64,000 nt of DNA, taken from the NCBI GenBank assembly GCA_964016885.1, contig OZ024740.1:181350001-181414000 (forward strand). Direction: 5' to 3'. This stretch comes from Eledone cirrhosa (lineage: Eukaryota). Shown one piece after another: positions 1 through 12,039 of this stretch (the stretch's first letter is position 1; each line of letters starts with the position of its first letter). The notes under the pieces are model-generated. The model saw only the letters and a list, made by a program, of their open reading frames with translations. It did no database searches and was not told the origin of the DNA. Made by a program: the position numbers and the translations under genes.

Positions 1-1925
1 TGTGGAAATGCTCATCCTTCCAAATCAGGGTAGATATATTATCCGGCCCAAAGGCTTTTGAGGCTTTGAGCTGTTTGATGGCTTCTTTGAGCTCAGGCAT
101 GGTGAAAGGAGAGGTGTTGATTCCTAAAGGCTCTGAAACCTGAACGGATGGCAGTTGATAGTTATCAGGGAGTCTAGCCTTTTTCCCTAGAAGGTTTTTA
201 AAATGAGCAGACCAATTTTCAAGCCGTTTTTTGGCAAAGCCTCCTTTTATTCTAACTGCAGAGTTTGAGTTTTGCCTGAAAGATCTTTGACAACCTTCCT
301 AGAAAGATGATGGTGTTTGCTGATCTGATGTTGCGATAGCTGATCAATCCTACCTGAGATATAGTCGGCTTCAGCATTAAGGTAAGCGTCGTCTAGTGAT
401 TTTTTGGCCATGATAAGCTGTATCTTTTTCCCTTGAGATGGTGATTGATGGTGAGATTGGGATATTGACCTAAGATGGGCCCTTGCCTCAACCACCCTCT
501 CTGAGGCACTAGGTTTCATTTGGCTTCGGCTTTTCTTTTTAGGTAGGGTGGCAAGTGCAAATTCCTCTGTTGATTGCTTAAGACAGTCATCCACATCCTC
601 AATATTATCGTCATTGATGTCAGAAGTTGAGAGAGATTGAAATCTGTTATAGACTTGAAGCTTGAAGCTATTGGATAGTTGTTTGTTGGAAGAAACGGCT
701 TTCCAGTCTATTCTTTTCATAGGATGAGGTTCGGCCCTCTTGGATATCCTGAGACTAAGTTTGATTGTTGCCGAGATGACTAGATGATCTGAGCCGACAG
801 AGCTAAAGGAGGAATAATATCTAGAATCCTTGATTGAGTTTCTTCATTTCTTGCGAAATATCAAATAGTCAATCTGAGCTCGTTTTTGGTTTGGGTATTC
901 GAAGGTCCAAAGCCGGCCTCAGGTCTTCATGAAACTGTTGTTTGAGCTGAATAGACTGAATTCTTCCATGAAGTCCTTGAGATATTCCCCGCTTCGGTTA
1001 GTAACCCTATTGTATGTGAACTTTACTTCATCCGGGCCAAGTTGAGCGTTGAGGTCTCCAGCGATGATAAGAAAGTTGTGTAAGGGTACTTGCTCAACAG
1101 CTGTGCGAAGGGTCGTGTAGAATTCTCTTACCTCATCCTCAGGAGAGGCGTTATGAGGACTGTATACACATATCGCAGTGGTTCTAGGATTGCCCTCTAG
1201 TGTAAGCACCAAGATTCTGGGAGAGATTGTTTCAATCCCCAGAAGATTATTGCTGGCTTTAGATGAGAGAAGGCAGCCGATTCCTCCGACGGAGGCATTG
1301 ACAGGGTTCTTGGTGGCTGAAGAGGTGACAAGTTGGGAGGATCCTAGGGTGTGATACTTGAGATCATCCTTTGGGTGGAAAAAGCGGTGTTCTTGGACCG
1401 CAAGGATGTCAATGTTCTGAAGTTTGGCATTCTCTGCCAGCTCCTAGAGTCTACCTGTTGGAAGGAGGGTTCTGGTGTTCAAGGAGCTAAGTTTATTATT
1501 TGCATATTACAGTTAGCCAGGCGAGATTTGCTTGTTGTTTGGTTAGGACCTGTTTCTTCTCTATCAGATGAACCCCGTCCCTTGAGATTTGAGGATTCAT
1601 CATCATTCGATGCCTTTGTAGGTGCATTATGATCAGAAACAGGACCCGGGAAAGCAGGGGCTGGACCTATATCACCAGGTATACCATACAGTGTGGTTCC
1701 CTGAGGTACAGGAACCCTGGTGCATTTAGTTGCGAAATCCATCATCTTTTCAAATAGCGACTACTCTAATGCTTGCAACACGAACAATTAGGGCGAGGGT
1801 ATAAATGCCAGGTTGGTATCTGGCGCCGGGTAACCCACCACACGGAGGAGAAAGCACCTTCTTCAAGAATTGGCTGTCAAATTCTTTCACATGTGTGTAG
1901 TAGTGGCGCCCACACACATTATTAG
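1..1925 (-). mobile_element. Decayed RTE-superfamily LINE: 5' UTR, APE endonuclease and start of RT region; runs off the left edge of the window
   Basis: Minus-strand translation gives APE motifs SLNTRTL, DILAVQEHR, SVGGIGCLL, GNPRTTAICVYSP, AGDLNA, then linker (ORF 247-720) and pre-RT HFKNLLG...KAFGPDNI. Several stops and frameshifts. Confidence 0.85.
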
Positions 1926-2278
1926 CTATTTGAAAAGATGAAGAGATGATTTATACACATACCCTAATTATATTTCCTTATTTTTATATATCTCTTGCTT
2001 TATTTTTTTTTGCCCGTTAAACTCTTGCCTTTCTTGAGGAGATTTTTCAAATATTTCACTATCTTTTAAATCGCCTTTTCCGATGAACGATTGAAGACGT
2101 TTTCGTATTCGTCTTATTCGAGAAACCTCTGGTAATGAGGTAATGATATTGTATTGTTTATTATACATTATATATATATATATATGTACACATATATGTA
2201 TGTACGTATACATACTTAGATTCAGGTATCATGCGTACTAAGAGTGAGAAATGGAATTTCGTTTAATTATTTTCCATT

Positions 2279-2310
<32 letters not shown>

Positions 2311-2312
<2 letters not shown>

Positions 2313-2585
2313 AAGATGAAATCGAAAATGCAACTGGAGTCTTATTTTTAAAAATATATATATATTTATTTGGTACCTTTATCGGTTTCGCAGTTCCTCT
2401 GCTTTTCAAAAGTAGAGTTCAGATGGAGGGTTTGTGGTTTATTTCAGAGTCAGAAAAACCACAAACCCCACATCTCAACTCTACTTTTAAAAATCAGAAG
2501 AACTGCGAAACCGATAAAGGTACCAAATAAATATATATATATTTTTAAAAATAAAACTCCAGTTGCATTTTCGATTTCATCTTTA
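2311..2585. repeat. Fold-back palindrome (~130 bp arms) flanked by (TA)n on both sides
   Basis: 2311-2440 (taaagatgaaatcg...tttgtggttt) is the near reverse complement of 2456-2585 (aaaccacaaa...cgatttcatcttta). Confidence 0.93.
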
Positions 2586-2659
2586 TATATATATATATAT
2601 ATAAAGTAACGGAGTCAGAAACTCGCGTTAGTCCTTGTAATTCAAGAACTCGAAGGAAA

Positions 2660-2705
2660 AAGAATCCTGGGCTCTTCTCTTTATTATATTTGAAGAGCCC
2701 AGGAT

Positions 2706-2709
<4 letters not shown>
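2660..2709. repeat. Perfect 18-bp hairpin abutting (CT)n(TA)n
   Basis: aagaatcctgggctcttc (2660-2677) pairs with gaagagcccaggattctt (2692-2709); 14-nt loop. Confidence 0.9.
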
Positions 2710-2795
<86 letters not shown>

Positions 2796-2798
<3 letters not shown>

Positions 2799-3381
2799 TT
2801 TGCTAGCATAGGTATGCATCTGTATATATATATGTTGGTAGATATACTAATTCTTTATAATTATGTCCAAATTATTTTGTTGAGCAAAAATTTGCCAAAA
2901 CTACTACTATAGTTCATAGTAATAGTCCGGCTACTGTCTTATTAACACCCCACTCCTCACTGATTAACCTCGATGTCACGTGATTGATTCTTTTGAATTT
3001 GCCACCGACCAATTAGGCAGTGATTTTTTTCAATGTCCTGGAATTTAGTCCTCGCTTGGTTTTTTCCATCCACTGAATTATTTTTGTATAAGTTCCCTCT
3101 GTCCACGCATCGCCTGAGGACTTACCTGAGAATCGACTTCCTGGTGAGGAAAGGTATTCTCCATGTTCCATTCGGAAACCATGTTTATTCCCTTTCAGAA
3201 ACTAATTTGTTGGTGTGAAATGTTAGTAAGTAAGTTAATTTTTATAATTTTCTTATTTTACGTCTTTCATATAATCGTTCTGCATCCCCTTGCATTGAAC
3301 CACAAAGTTACTAAGACAAAACCTATATATTTGCTAGCATAGGTATGCATCTGTATATATATGTTGGTAGATATACTAATT

Positions 3382-3388
<7 letters not shown>
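2796..3388 (+). mobile_element. ~590 bp module bounded by ~62 bp direct repeats between (TA)n tracts; probable PLE pseudo-LTR remnant
   Basis: atatttgctagcatagg...ttctttata occurs at 2796-2859 and 3327-3388. Interior has a CACGTG E-box, CCAAT, and CTGAGGA-stem-GAAA at 3114-3152. Confidence 0.55.
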
Positions 3389-3450
<62 letters not shown>

Positions 3451-3453
<3 letters not shown>

Positions 3454-3876
3454 CCTTGGGCCTAATTAAATAGGTTTATTTACAATAGTTTACATCTTTG
3501 CCTATTAACCCGTATGGTGAGCAAATGGGGTATCACATGCTGGCCTCCCCACAGCCCCGGTGGACAGGATGGAGAAGGCGTTTTCCCAGAGGATGGTAAG
3601 GGAGATGCGCTGAAAGACCCATTCCAACTTGCGAGGCTCATACCTGTGGCTGGCTAGCTCAGCGCCTATGGTGGTGAATAGGGAGGCAGTCTTAGGACCA
3701 GGGACACCATAAGTCTCCACTGCCGAGGGCACGACCGCGAACGTGTCGAAGAGCGACCGGTACTTGGAGAGTTAGACCTCCTCAACCCGACGTGCAGCAG
3801 TACCTGGCCTAGTCATAGACTGCACCAGGTTGCGGCTGGAGAAAGTGTCGCTGCGAGTGGCATCCCAGACGAGCTT
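3451..3876 (-). mobile_element. 3' end of a CRE-like non-LTR retrotransposon (restriction-like endonuclease region), 5'-truncated
   Basis: Translation LVWDATRSDTFS...GTAARRVEEV*LSKYRSL...PSAVETYG...EPRKLEWVFQRISLTILWENA matches the CRE-type RLE C-terminus. AATAAA follows, then (TA)n. Confidence 0.8.
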
Positions 3877-4457
3877 CATAGTCTTCGTTGACAAAAGTAT
3901 GTATTATCAACTAACATATATATATATATAGGGTCTGCCATCTCTAAACTTCAGGCAAGAATTAATTTGTCAAACCTGTGACAGATATTACATCCGACGG
4001 TTATATGTTTCAACACTGTTTTCTTTAATATTTATTTTTATTCACCTGGAACTTTACTATAGCAACCACCCCACGGTCACTGGTGTCATCCCTAAAACCT
4101 TTATGGATTAATAAATAGGAAGTTATATAGGTAGGTGTTTCGATAAATAAGTAAGGAAATAAGTCGTTAGAGAAATGTATATATTATATGGAAAGATCAA
4201 TACAGAGATAGAGAGTTAGATATATAAACCGATAGATACAGTTGGACGATATATGTATACAGAATGTATACATATTAGCTATGTGTGCATGTGTATGTAT
4301 ACATACATTAACTTTAAATACTCGACTCACATAATATGCAATGCATTTCCTTGTAAACTAACAGGTCACTTACATAGGTTCATCTAAAAACATTTTATAA
4401 GCAATATGTGTCACAAATTAACAACACCATACTTGCGATAAAGAACTCCTGATTTGC

Positions 4458-5823
4458 AGTTAAATTATGGTGTGCTTTCATCAGACAAAATATAATATAG
4501 ATCAGTTTTATAAATAAATATTGTCATACCCTTAAAAAATGCAACCATTACTGTTGGAAGCTCCCGGATAGTGGAGTTGTTTAATTATATTATTATTAGT
4601 ATTGGATATTTTTATTTTTAAAATAAGCCGTTGGGTTACAGGGAAAGAAAAATCTAAAGAAGGAGCTAGAGAAAAAGAGAGAGAGAGAGAAGAGAGAGAG
4701 AGAGACCAAAACAACAGAGAGAGAAAGATATATATAGAGAGAGGAGACAGAGAGAAGGGGAGAGAACGAAAAACTCTAAGTCATATCTTGTTGAGTTAAC
4801 TTAACAATTGAGATGAAAGGAATAAATAAATAAATAAAATTAGAAATGTTAATAATCATGAATGGAATATGCATATATAATATGAGACATTAACCATTGT
4901 TTAAATATGATTAGATGTTTAGTTAATCATTTAAAAATTGAGATCATTATATTAAAAATTGGGATCTATACATTAAGAAATCCATATATTACTAGAGAAC
5001 TAAATATCATATAACACGTATACACACGCAAAAATACATATAAATATATATACACACTTATAAAATACATAACATATCTAACTACGTATAAAATATATAC
5101 ACACAAAGCATAAAGGATTCTTTAATTTAATTTAAGATATAGGAATGTTTAAAATGTTATAATTGTTAAGATATTAAAGAAATTTTATGTTATACACACT
5201 TTATGTTATTAAACAAATTTTGTTTTATATAAGTTTTATAAGATTACCTGCAATGTATTTATGGCTGTTATTATATGTCTATCTGTCACGAATCTTGGGA
5301 TAATCACTATACATAAGTGCAAAAAAATTGCACATGCACATACACAATTCTCACATATACATATATACATGTGTGTGTACCCTCAGCCAATAGGTATCAC
5401 GTATACATATACATACAGATAGGTATCACGTATACATATACATACAGACATACATTCATAAAAACGCATAAAAACATATGTACATGTATTCACACATATA
5501 CATATATACTCACATATAGAGAGAAGTATATATAAATACAGTACATAGAGTACATAAAATACAAAATAATTATACAAAAGAATTATATTACAATTTGTAA
5601 ATATAATTATAAGCAATATAACTTTAAAAGCAATACAATTTTTCTGTAACCCAACGGCTTATTTTAAAAATAAAAGTATCCAATACTAATAATAATATAA
5701 TTAAACAACTCCACTATCCGGTAGCTTCCAACAGTAATGGTTGCATTTTTTAAGGGTATGTCAATATTTATAAAACCGATCTATATTATGTTTTGTCTGA
5801 TGAAAGCACACCATAATTTAACT
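4458..5823. repeat. Long inverted repeat (~185 bp arms, ~1 kb spacer); probable PLE pseudo-LTR pair
   Basis: 4458-4642 is the near reverse complement of 5641-5823. The right arm leads into CTGATGA-stem-GAAA (5797-5837) and a (TA)n tract at 5885. Confidence 0.85.
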
Positions 5824-5882
5824 TGGTGTCCTTGAAATAAATAAATATGGTTTTATAAATATAGTTTCCATTTGTTAATATC

Positions 5883-5884
<2 letters not shown>

Positions 5885-5978
<94 letters not shown>
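5885..5978. repeat. (TA)n(GA)n compound microsatellite
   Basis: Direct reading. Confidence 0.97.
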
Positions 5979-5980
<2 letters not shown>

Positions 5981-5981
<1 letters not shown>

Positions 5982-6305
5982 AGGCAAAGCTCCTCCTGGC
6001 AATATTTTTGTCTAGTAATATTACTATCAAGGAGGTACATAATAGAATCCAATTCTTATTGTCACTACTCCTGTTTCTCTTGCTCTTCCCATCCCACTAT
6101 TATAACCAAATGGAGACCCACGTGTTGGCCACCATGCGGCCCCGGCGGTTAGAAAAGTGAATGTGTTTCCCCGGAGGATGATTCGGGAAACCCGTTGGAA
6201 GAGCCATTCCAGCTCGCGAGGCACACACCTGTGGGTAGCCAAGTCCATGCCAATGATAGTGACTAGAGAGGTGGTCATTGGGCCAAGAACGCCAGAAGTT
6301 TTGAC
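5981..6305 (-). mobile_element. Second CRE-like RLE 3' fragment
   Basis: ORF 6027-6278 (DLATHRCVPRELEWLFQRVSRIILRGNTF) is homologous to the 3505-3732 peptide. Confidence 0.75.
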
Positions 6306-7741
6306 TGATAGATTATGATTCTTAGGTAACCTTCTGAAAGAAATATTATTAAGTTCAATTATAAAAAGGATTTTCAGTGTTTAGTTTTGTAGATTTATTT
6401 TCGAAATACTTGGATATTAGAAATTTCATATTCATTATTTTCTTACTTTTTCCTTTGCCACGGTTTTCAGACATTTTCCTCATATCTTAGCAATGTGAAT
6501 AGCTTCTCTTCACATGATAAACTTACTATATATTCATGAAATGAATGGAAATATGAATGAAAAATCCCGTACTCTTATAACATCACATTTAATGGAATTT
6601 TTTTAGTATCTACTTCAGTACGTTGCTGTTATGAATGTAAATTCTGCTATCATAAGCTTTTGCTTTTATCTTATTGGGGCTGAAACGTAAGTAGTAATAA
6701 TATTGATAAATTTTGATTGATGCAATCTGCTGTAGCCATTATTTGCACAACTGACTCTATACCTGGTCAGAATAAATCCGTTTCCGTAAACAAAAGATAT
6801 AATACTCTATCTGTGAATGTCAACGTTTTGTGATGTAAATCTTCAATTTTTTTTTATATTGCATATAAAAGAAATATGCTAGATGATATATCTGGCATGA
6901 AAAAAACAAATTTCGGAGTTACAACTCCTGATAGGAAATGTTCATCTACCAACTAAACACTCATTAATTTAACCAAGTTGCTTATTATTATAAATTACAG
7001 CGTATCTTTGTCTTCGATTTCAGTGAAGCTATTTTCATATAAGTAATCATTCAGAAGGAATAAGTTAATAATGCAAATTTTACCACACCATAGTATACAA
7101 GAATTATATAACCTTTTTATGCGTATGCGGCATGTTTGTGGTGAGAGGGAGGGATACTTATACAGTCAAAGAGATGTAAACATAACTATCACAGTAGTTA
7201 TATTTCACTTTTACGAAATCTCTAATTCAAATATTTTCTTAGATTATTCAGGGTTTCTGAACTACATTACGTCTTATTCCGTTCATTTTTGTTTTGTCCA
7301 GGTCATGCTTACTAATAGTTTGTAATTGTGCAATGAAGAAGCGTGCTTTATTTTATTAAATTCTGATACCAAATTTTTTTAAAGATATCATCGTATTATA
7401 AAAACCAAATTCTATTTAAAAGTGCTTAATTGTTAAAATCGTTAGAATGTCAAACAAATGATTTATGGTCATTACTCCAGTAAGTTCAGAGACATTATAT
7501 GGGAAAATATGTGACTACAGCAGATTGAATCACATTGAGTTCCATTCCACCTTTCGACATTCCATGATGGAGAAGTATGGTCCGAGGCAGGTTTTTAAGT
7601 CTATTTGGCGCTCTTCACCACTTCCTGCACCCGTTCTCACTCCTTCTGACGTAGAATCGGCCATGATATGCTGTAAGAGGATAAGCAGTGGTGTAGTCCT
7701 ATATTTTAAGAGCATGTATTACTGTAGTATTGTCTCTACTT

Positions 7742-7918
7742 TTGGCACAAGGCCAGCAATTACCCAGTGCATTACTGTTACTTTATTTTATCGACCCCGT
7801 AAGGATGAAAAGCAAAGTTAACCTCGGCGGGATTTGAACTCAGAATGGCAAGGGCCGTAACTCTATACGTCAAAGTATGGCGTCCGACCCTCTACCGATA
7901 CTGCCAATCCCCCGCCCT
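7742..7918 (-). mobile_element. tRNA-derived SINE (Octopus-type)
   Basis: Minus strand has A-box-like TGGCAGTATCGG and B-box GAGTTCAAATCC followed by cgccgaggttaactttgcttttcatcc. Closely matches the copy at 47593-47745. Confidence 0.85.
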
Positions 7919-9164
7919 TGTATTACTGTAATATTGACAAGTATTTTACTATCTCACATTACATCGGAAAATATGAGGCTTCAGCAGAAGTAGTTATACT
8001 TCACTTTCAGCAGACAAATAAAACAAACCTAGACAGTTATGAGCAACACTGATGATAGGTTCAAGCCGAAATGTAGGCCCTATTTTAGGCTGCGTATTCA
8101 GTATTTTAGTAACCCATACTAAATGCATATGATTTATGTATAGGTAGCATGTATACACGAACACATAATATACATGATATACTTACGTATAACAGATCCA
8201 AATAAAAGAACAGATTGTGAAGGGAGGAGGCCCCCTGAAAATCCTTGGCCTATGACAACTGTACTTAGCGCCTCTCTATTCAGCTTTTGTCCCAAATATG
8301 CAAATGTCATTTATCAATAAAAATAATTTCAGGGTAATTATTCAATCTTAAATTTTTCTTTGAAATGTATTGAAAACTACAAAAAAAATCAGGGAATTTA
8401 TAACCATTAATATCAATGAGTGTCAGAATATATCAGAATGAAAATATTTCACAGTTACGTTTATTCTAATTAATTTGAGGGATTATAGAAAGTTAGTTTG
8501 ACACAACGGCTTTGTTGAGACAGCTTGCTACGATTCTAATATGATAAAATGCTCTTGAGATTTGAAGCTAGAAGAATGAATAATGAAATTATATAGTTTA
8601 TTGATCAAACAGATTTGTTAATTTGCAGGAAACGTATTATCAGTAAATATTGATATTTCTGTGGCATTTTTCCCCCATATCATCGGAAATGAAGACTGTA
8701 GTAGGCCTACATTGCGCCCGGCAGCTTTACACCAGTCTCCGGAGACCGCTACTGAATTCCTTTCTTGTACAAGCATTTGAAATATATGCACACGCACACA
8801 CACACACACACAACCACACACACACACACATACACACACACATATATATATATTTTTTTCTTGCAAACGTGATTCTTTTTCCCGCCAAACAATGTTACCT
8901 TCCTTCCAGTTCTCCCTCTTTATCTTTCTATTTCATATTTTATTTCTCACTCTATCATCTGGTGGACAAGTGTCTAAAACATAAATATAATTCTCCTACT
9001 ATATAAAACGTTAAACTAAAAATTCTTAGTTGTATTTTGTTGTTTGAATGGTTGTTTCTGTATTATTTGCAACAAAACACAGAGGTCAGGCGCCACGACA
9101 TCATTAAACTGCTCATTTATTGTAATTTGTGAGATAATATATATATATATATATATATAGGAAA

Positions 9165-9272
9165 AAGTATGACTCCGACGGCAGAGCTCAAGCCGGTTCG
9201 ACGGCTATTTCTGGACTAAATTATAATTTTTAGCCTGGTGAATAAATAGCCGAACTTGTCAAGGGGGTACTT
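9165..9272 (-). ncRNA. Inverted copy of the U3-A8 hammerhead (GAAA changed to GAAC)
   Basis: Reverse complement reads aagtaccccc TTGACAA gttcggctattt...aaatagccgtc GAAC cggc ttgagctct gccg TC ggagtcatactt. Confidence 0.5.
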
Positions 9273-10347
9273 CTTTATATGGGAAGATTGTAGTTGTCAA
9301 GAGGATTGGTTAAAATGTGTTGTAAACACAAATAAGTCTATCATGGCATTTGGTGGGAGATAATGGTGGCTGAACTTGCCTGTAGAACAATAGCGGATTG
9401 AGTGGAGCGGTCAAGCTTTGAATGTGATATGTATACAGCAGATTCTAAGGATAGTGTATGAAGTGGGGGAGGGAGGTTATAGAATAGGTAAATCGAATGA
9501 GAGTAGGAGACAATAAAAGGATGCAGTCCGTGTAGCTTATGCTCGGAGGAAACATTACAAATGCTGTTTTCGAAGTCCCAAACAAGAAAGACAAACTGGT
9601 AACCGCATGCAAACACAGATTGCGTAGGACTTACCTCGCCCTCAAACCCCATAACTACACGGGTGAGTAGACAAGGGCTGATACCCCCGCCCCCACTTGC
9701 CGAATAAGTTAGGGGAAACCTAAGCTTACATAGGTAGTTGTATCTCTTTTCTTTTCCTCTCTGTCTTCTTCTTCCCCTTGTGTCATCCTATCACTTCCTT
9801 CCACCCCCGATTTTCTTCCTCGTCTGCTTTTCCCCTTTCGCCTACCCCGATGCAGCCCATTGGGCCTCTGTAGCATCAGTTCCCCCACCCCTGTAATTTT
9901 AAGATAGTATTGACCTAATACATTTTACTAACTACTTATAGCAGTTGAGTTAAACCCCTTTAATTGTGTATCAGTTTTGTAATTTCTACAAGTTTTTTCT
10001 ATTCTAACTTATTAACCTGTAATTGTAAGATAGCATTGTGATTTTTTTTATTCATTTCTCACTATCTAATTTTATATATTTTTTTATTTATTTCTAGTAT
10101 CTTTTATTGTCTCTTACTCTCATTCGATTTACCTATTTTATAACCTCCCTCTTCCACTTCATACACTATCCTTAGAATCTGCTGTATACATATCACTATC
10201 AACGCTTGACCGGTCCACTCACTCCCCTATTGTTCTACAGGCAAGTTCAGCCAGCCCTACCTACCACTAAATGTCATGATAGACTTATTTGTGTTTACAA
10301 CAAATGTTAATCAATCCTCTTGACAACTACAATCTTCCCATATAAGG

Positions 10348-10455
10348 AAGTACCCCCTTGACAAGTTCGGCTACTTATTCAGCAGGCTAAAATTTCTAAT
10401 TTAGTCCAGAAATAGCGGTCGAAACGGCTTGAGCTCCGCCGTCGGTGTCATACTT
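10348..10455 (+). ncRNA. Type I hammerhead ribozyme fold with U3-A8 core variant
   Basis: aagtaccccc | TTGACAA (10358-64) | long stem II closed by G-C | GAAA (10421-24) | cggc-ttgagctcc-gccg | TC (GUC triplet, 10441-43) | ggtgtcatactt. Confidence 0.65.
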
Positions 10456-10539
10456 TTTCCTATTTCCCACTCTAATACCCTAAGTATTGAGTACTCTGGT
10501 GCGTTACGGTCCATCTGGTTCCTTACCACAATTCCTTTG

Positions 10540-11277
<738 letters not shown>

Positions 11278-11700
11278 TCAATTAGATATCTAGGTATTTT
11301 TTCACACGCTGAAAACATGTTATGTACACATATATATATAAATCTATATATATGCTTGTACATGCACACATATACACGCACTCCTATATATATATATAAT
11401 ATATATATACTGAATGAGTGTGAAAAACGAAATTTCATTATTGAAAGTCTCTGCATTTCGTAAAATACGTAATATTCTTTTATTGGAGATGGTAAGTTAT
11501 TTTTCTGCAAAGATTTGATTGCACTGTCTTGTTTCCACTTATGTATTTTTTGAAAATATTATTAATTCATTATAAAAAATTTAATGAAAGGATTCTATAG
11601 GCACATGGGCCGCCCTTCATCTCAAGGCAACCAATATTTTTAGACCCAGTCCGTCACTGTACATATACATATATGTAAATATATATATATCTATATATAT

Positions 11701-11745
<45 letters not shown>

Positions 11746-11762
11746 TGTGTGTGTGTGTGTGT

Positions 11763-11797
<35 letters not shown>

Positions 11798-12039
11798 CGT
11801 GTGTGTGTGTGTGTGTATAATGTCAATGATTGTAAGTTTGAATCTAACTGACATGTGAAAACATATATACATATATGAATAATATAAGCCCAAATCATAG
11901 TAGATTCAAATATCCCAGAGAGAAAGAGAGAGGGGGGGTGCAATGAGGTGCAACAGAAATGAAACATTGATTACAGGTTAAAATATAGTCTAGATAATTG
12001 AGAAACAAAACGAGGATTTAGTTTATGGAGCACCAAAAT

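Larger units (their letters stand above)
9157..10540 (+). mobile_element. 5'-truncated Penelope-like element: inverted pLTR copy, ORF C-terminal remnant, 3' pLTR; inserted in (TA)n
   Basis: Arms 9157-9519 and 10101-10463 are reverse complements. 9516-9619 encodes KGCSPCSLCSEETLQML..(frameshift)..NKKDKLVTACKHR, resembling the CxLCxxEK...LNKRxELxxxCRH tail of GIY-YIG PLE proteins. TA tracts on both sides. Confidence 0.78.

Noticed and set aside
7742-7918. Genuine tRNA genes at the A/B-box sites
   Set aside because: No cloverleaf; boxes are embedded in multi-copy SINE bodies.
8049-8080. CTGATGAtaggttcaagccGAAA hammerhead-like core
   Set aside because: Weak stem II and no closable stems I or III; at best a relic.
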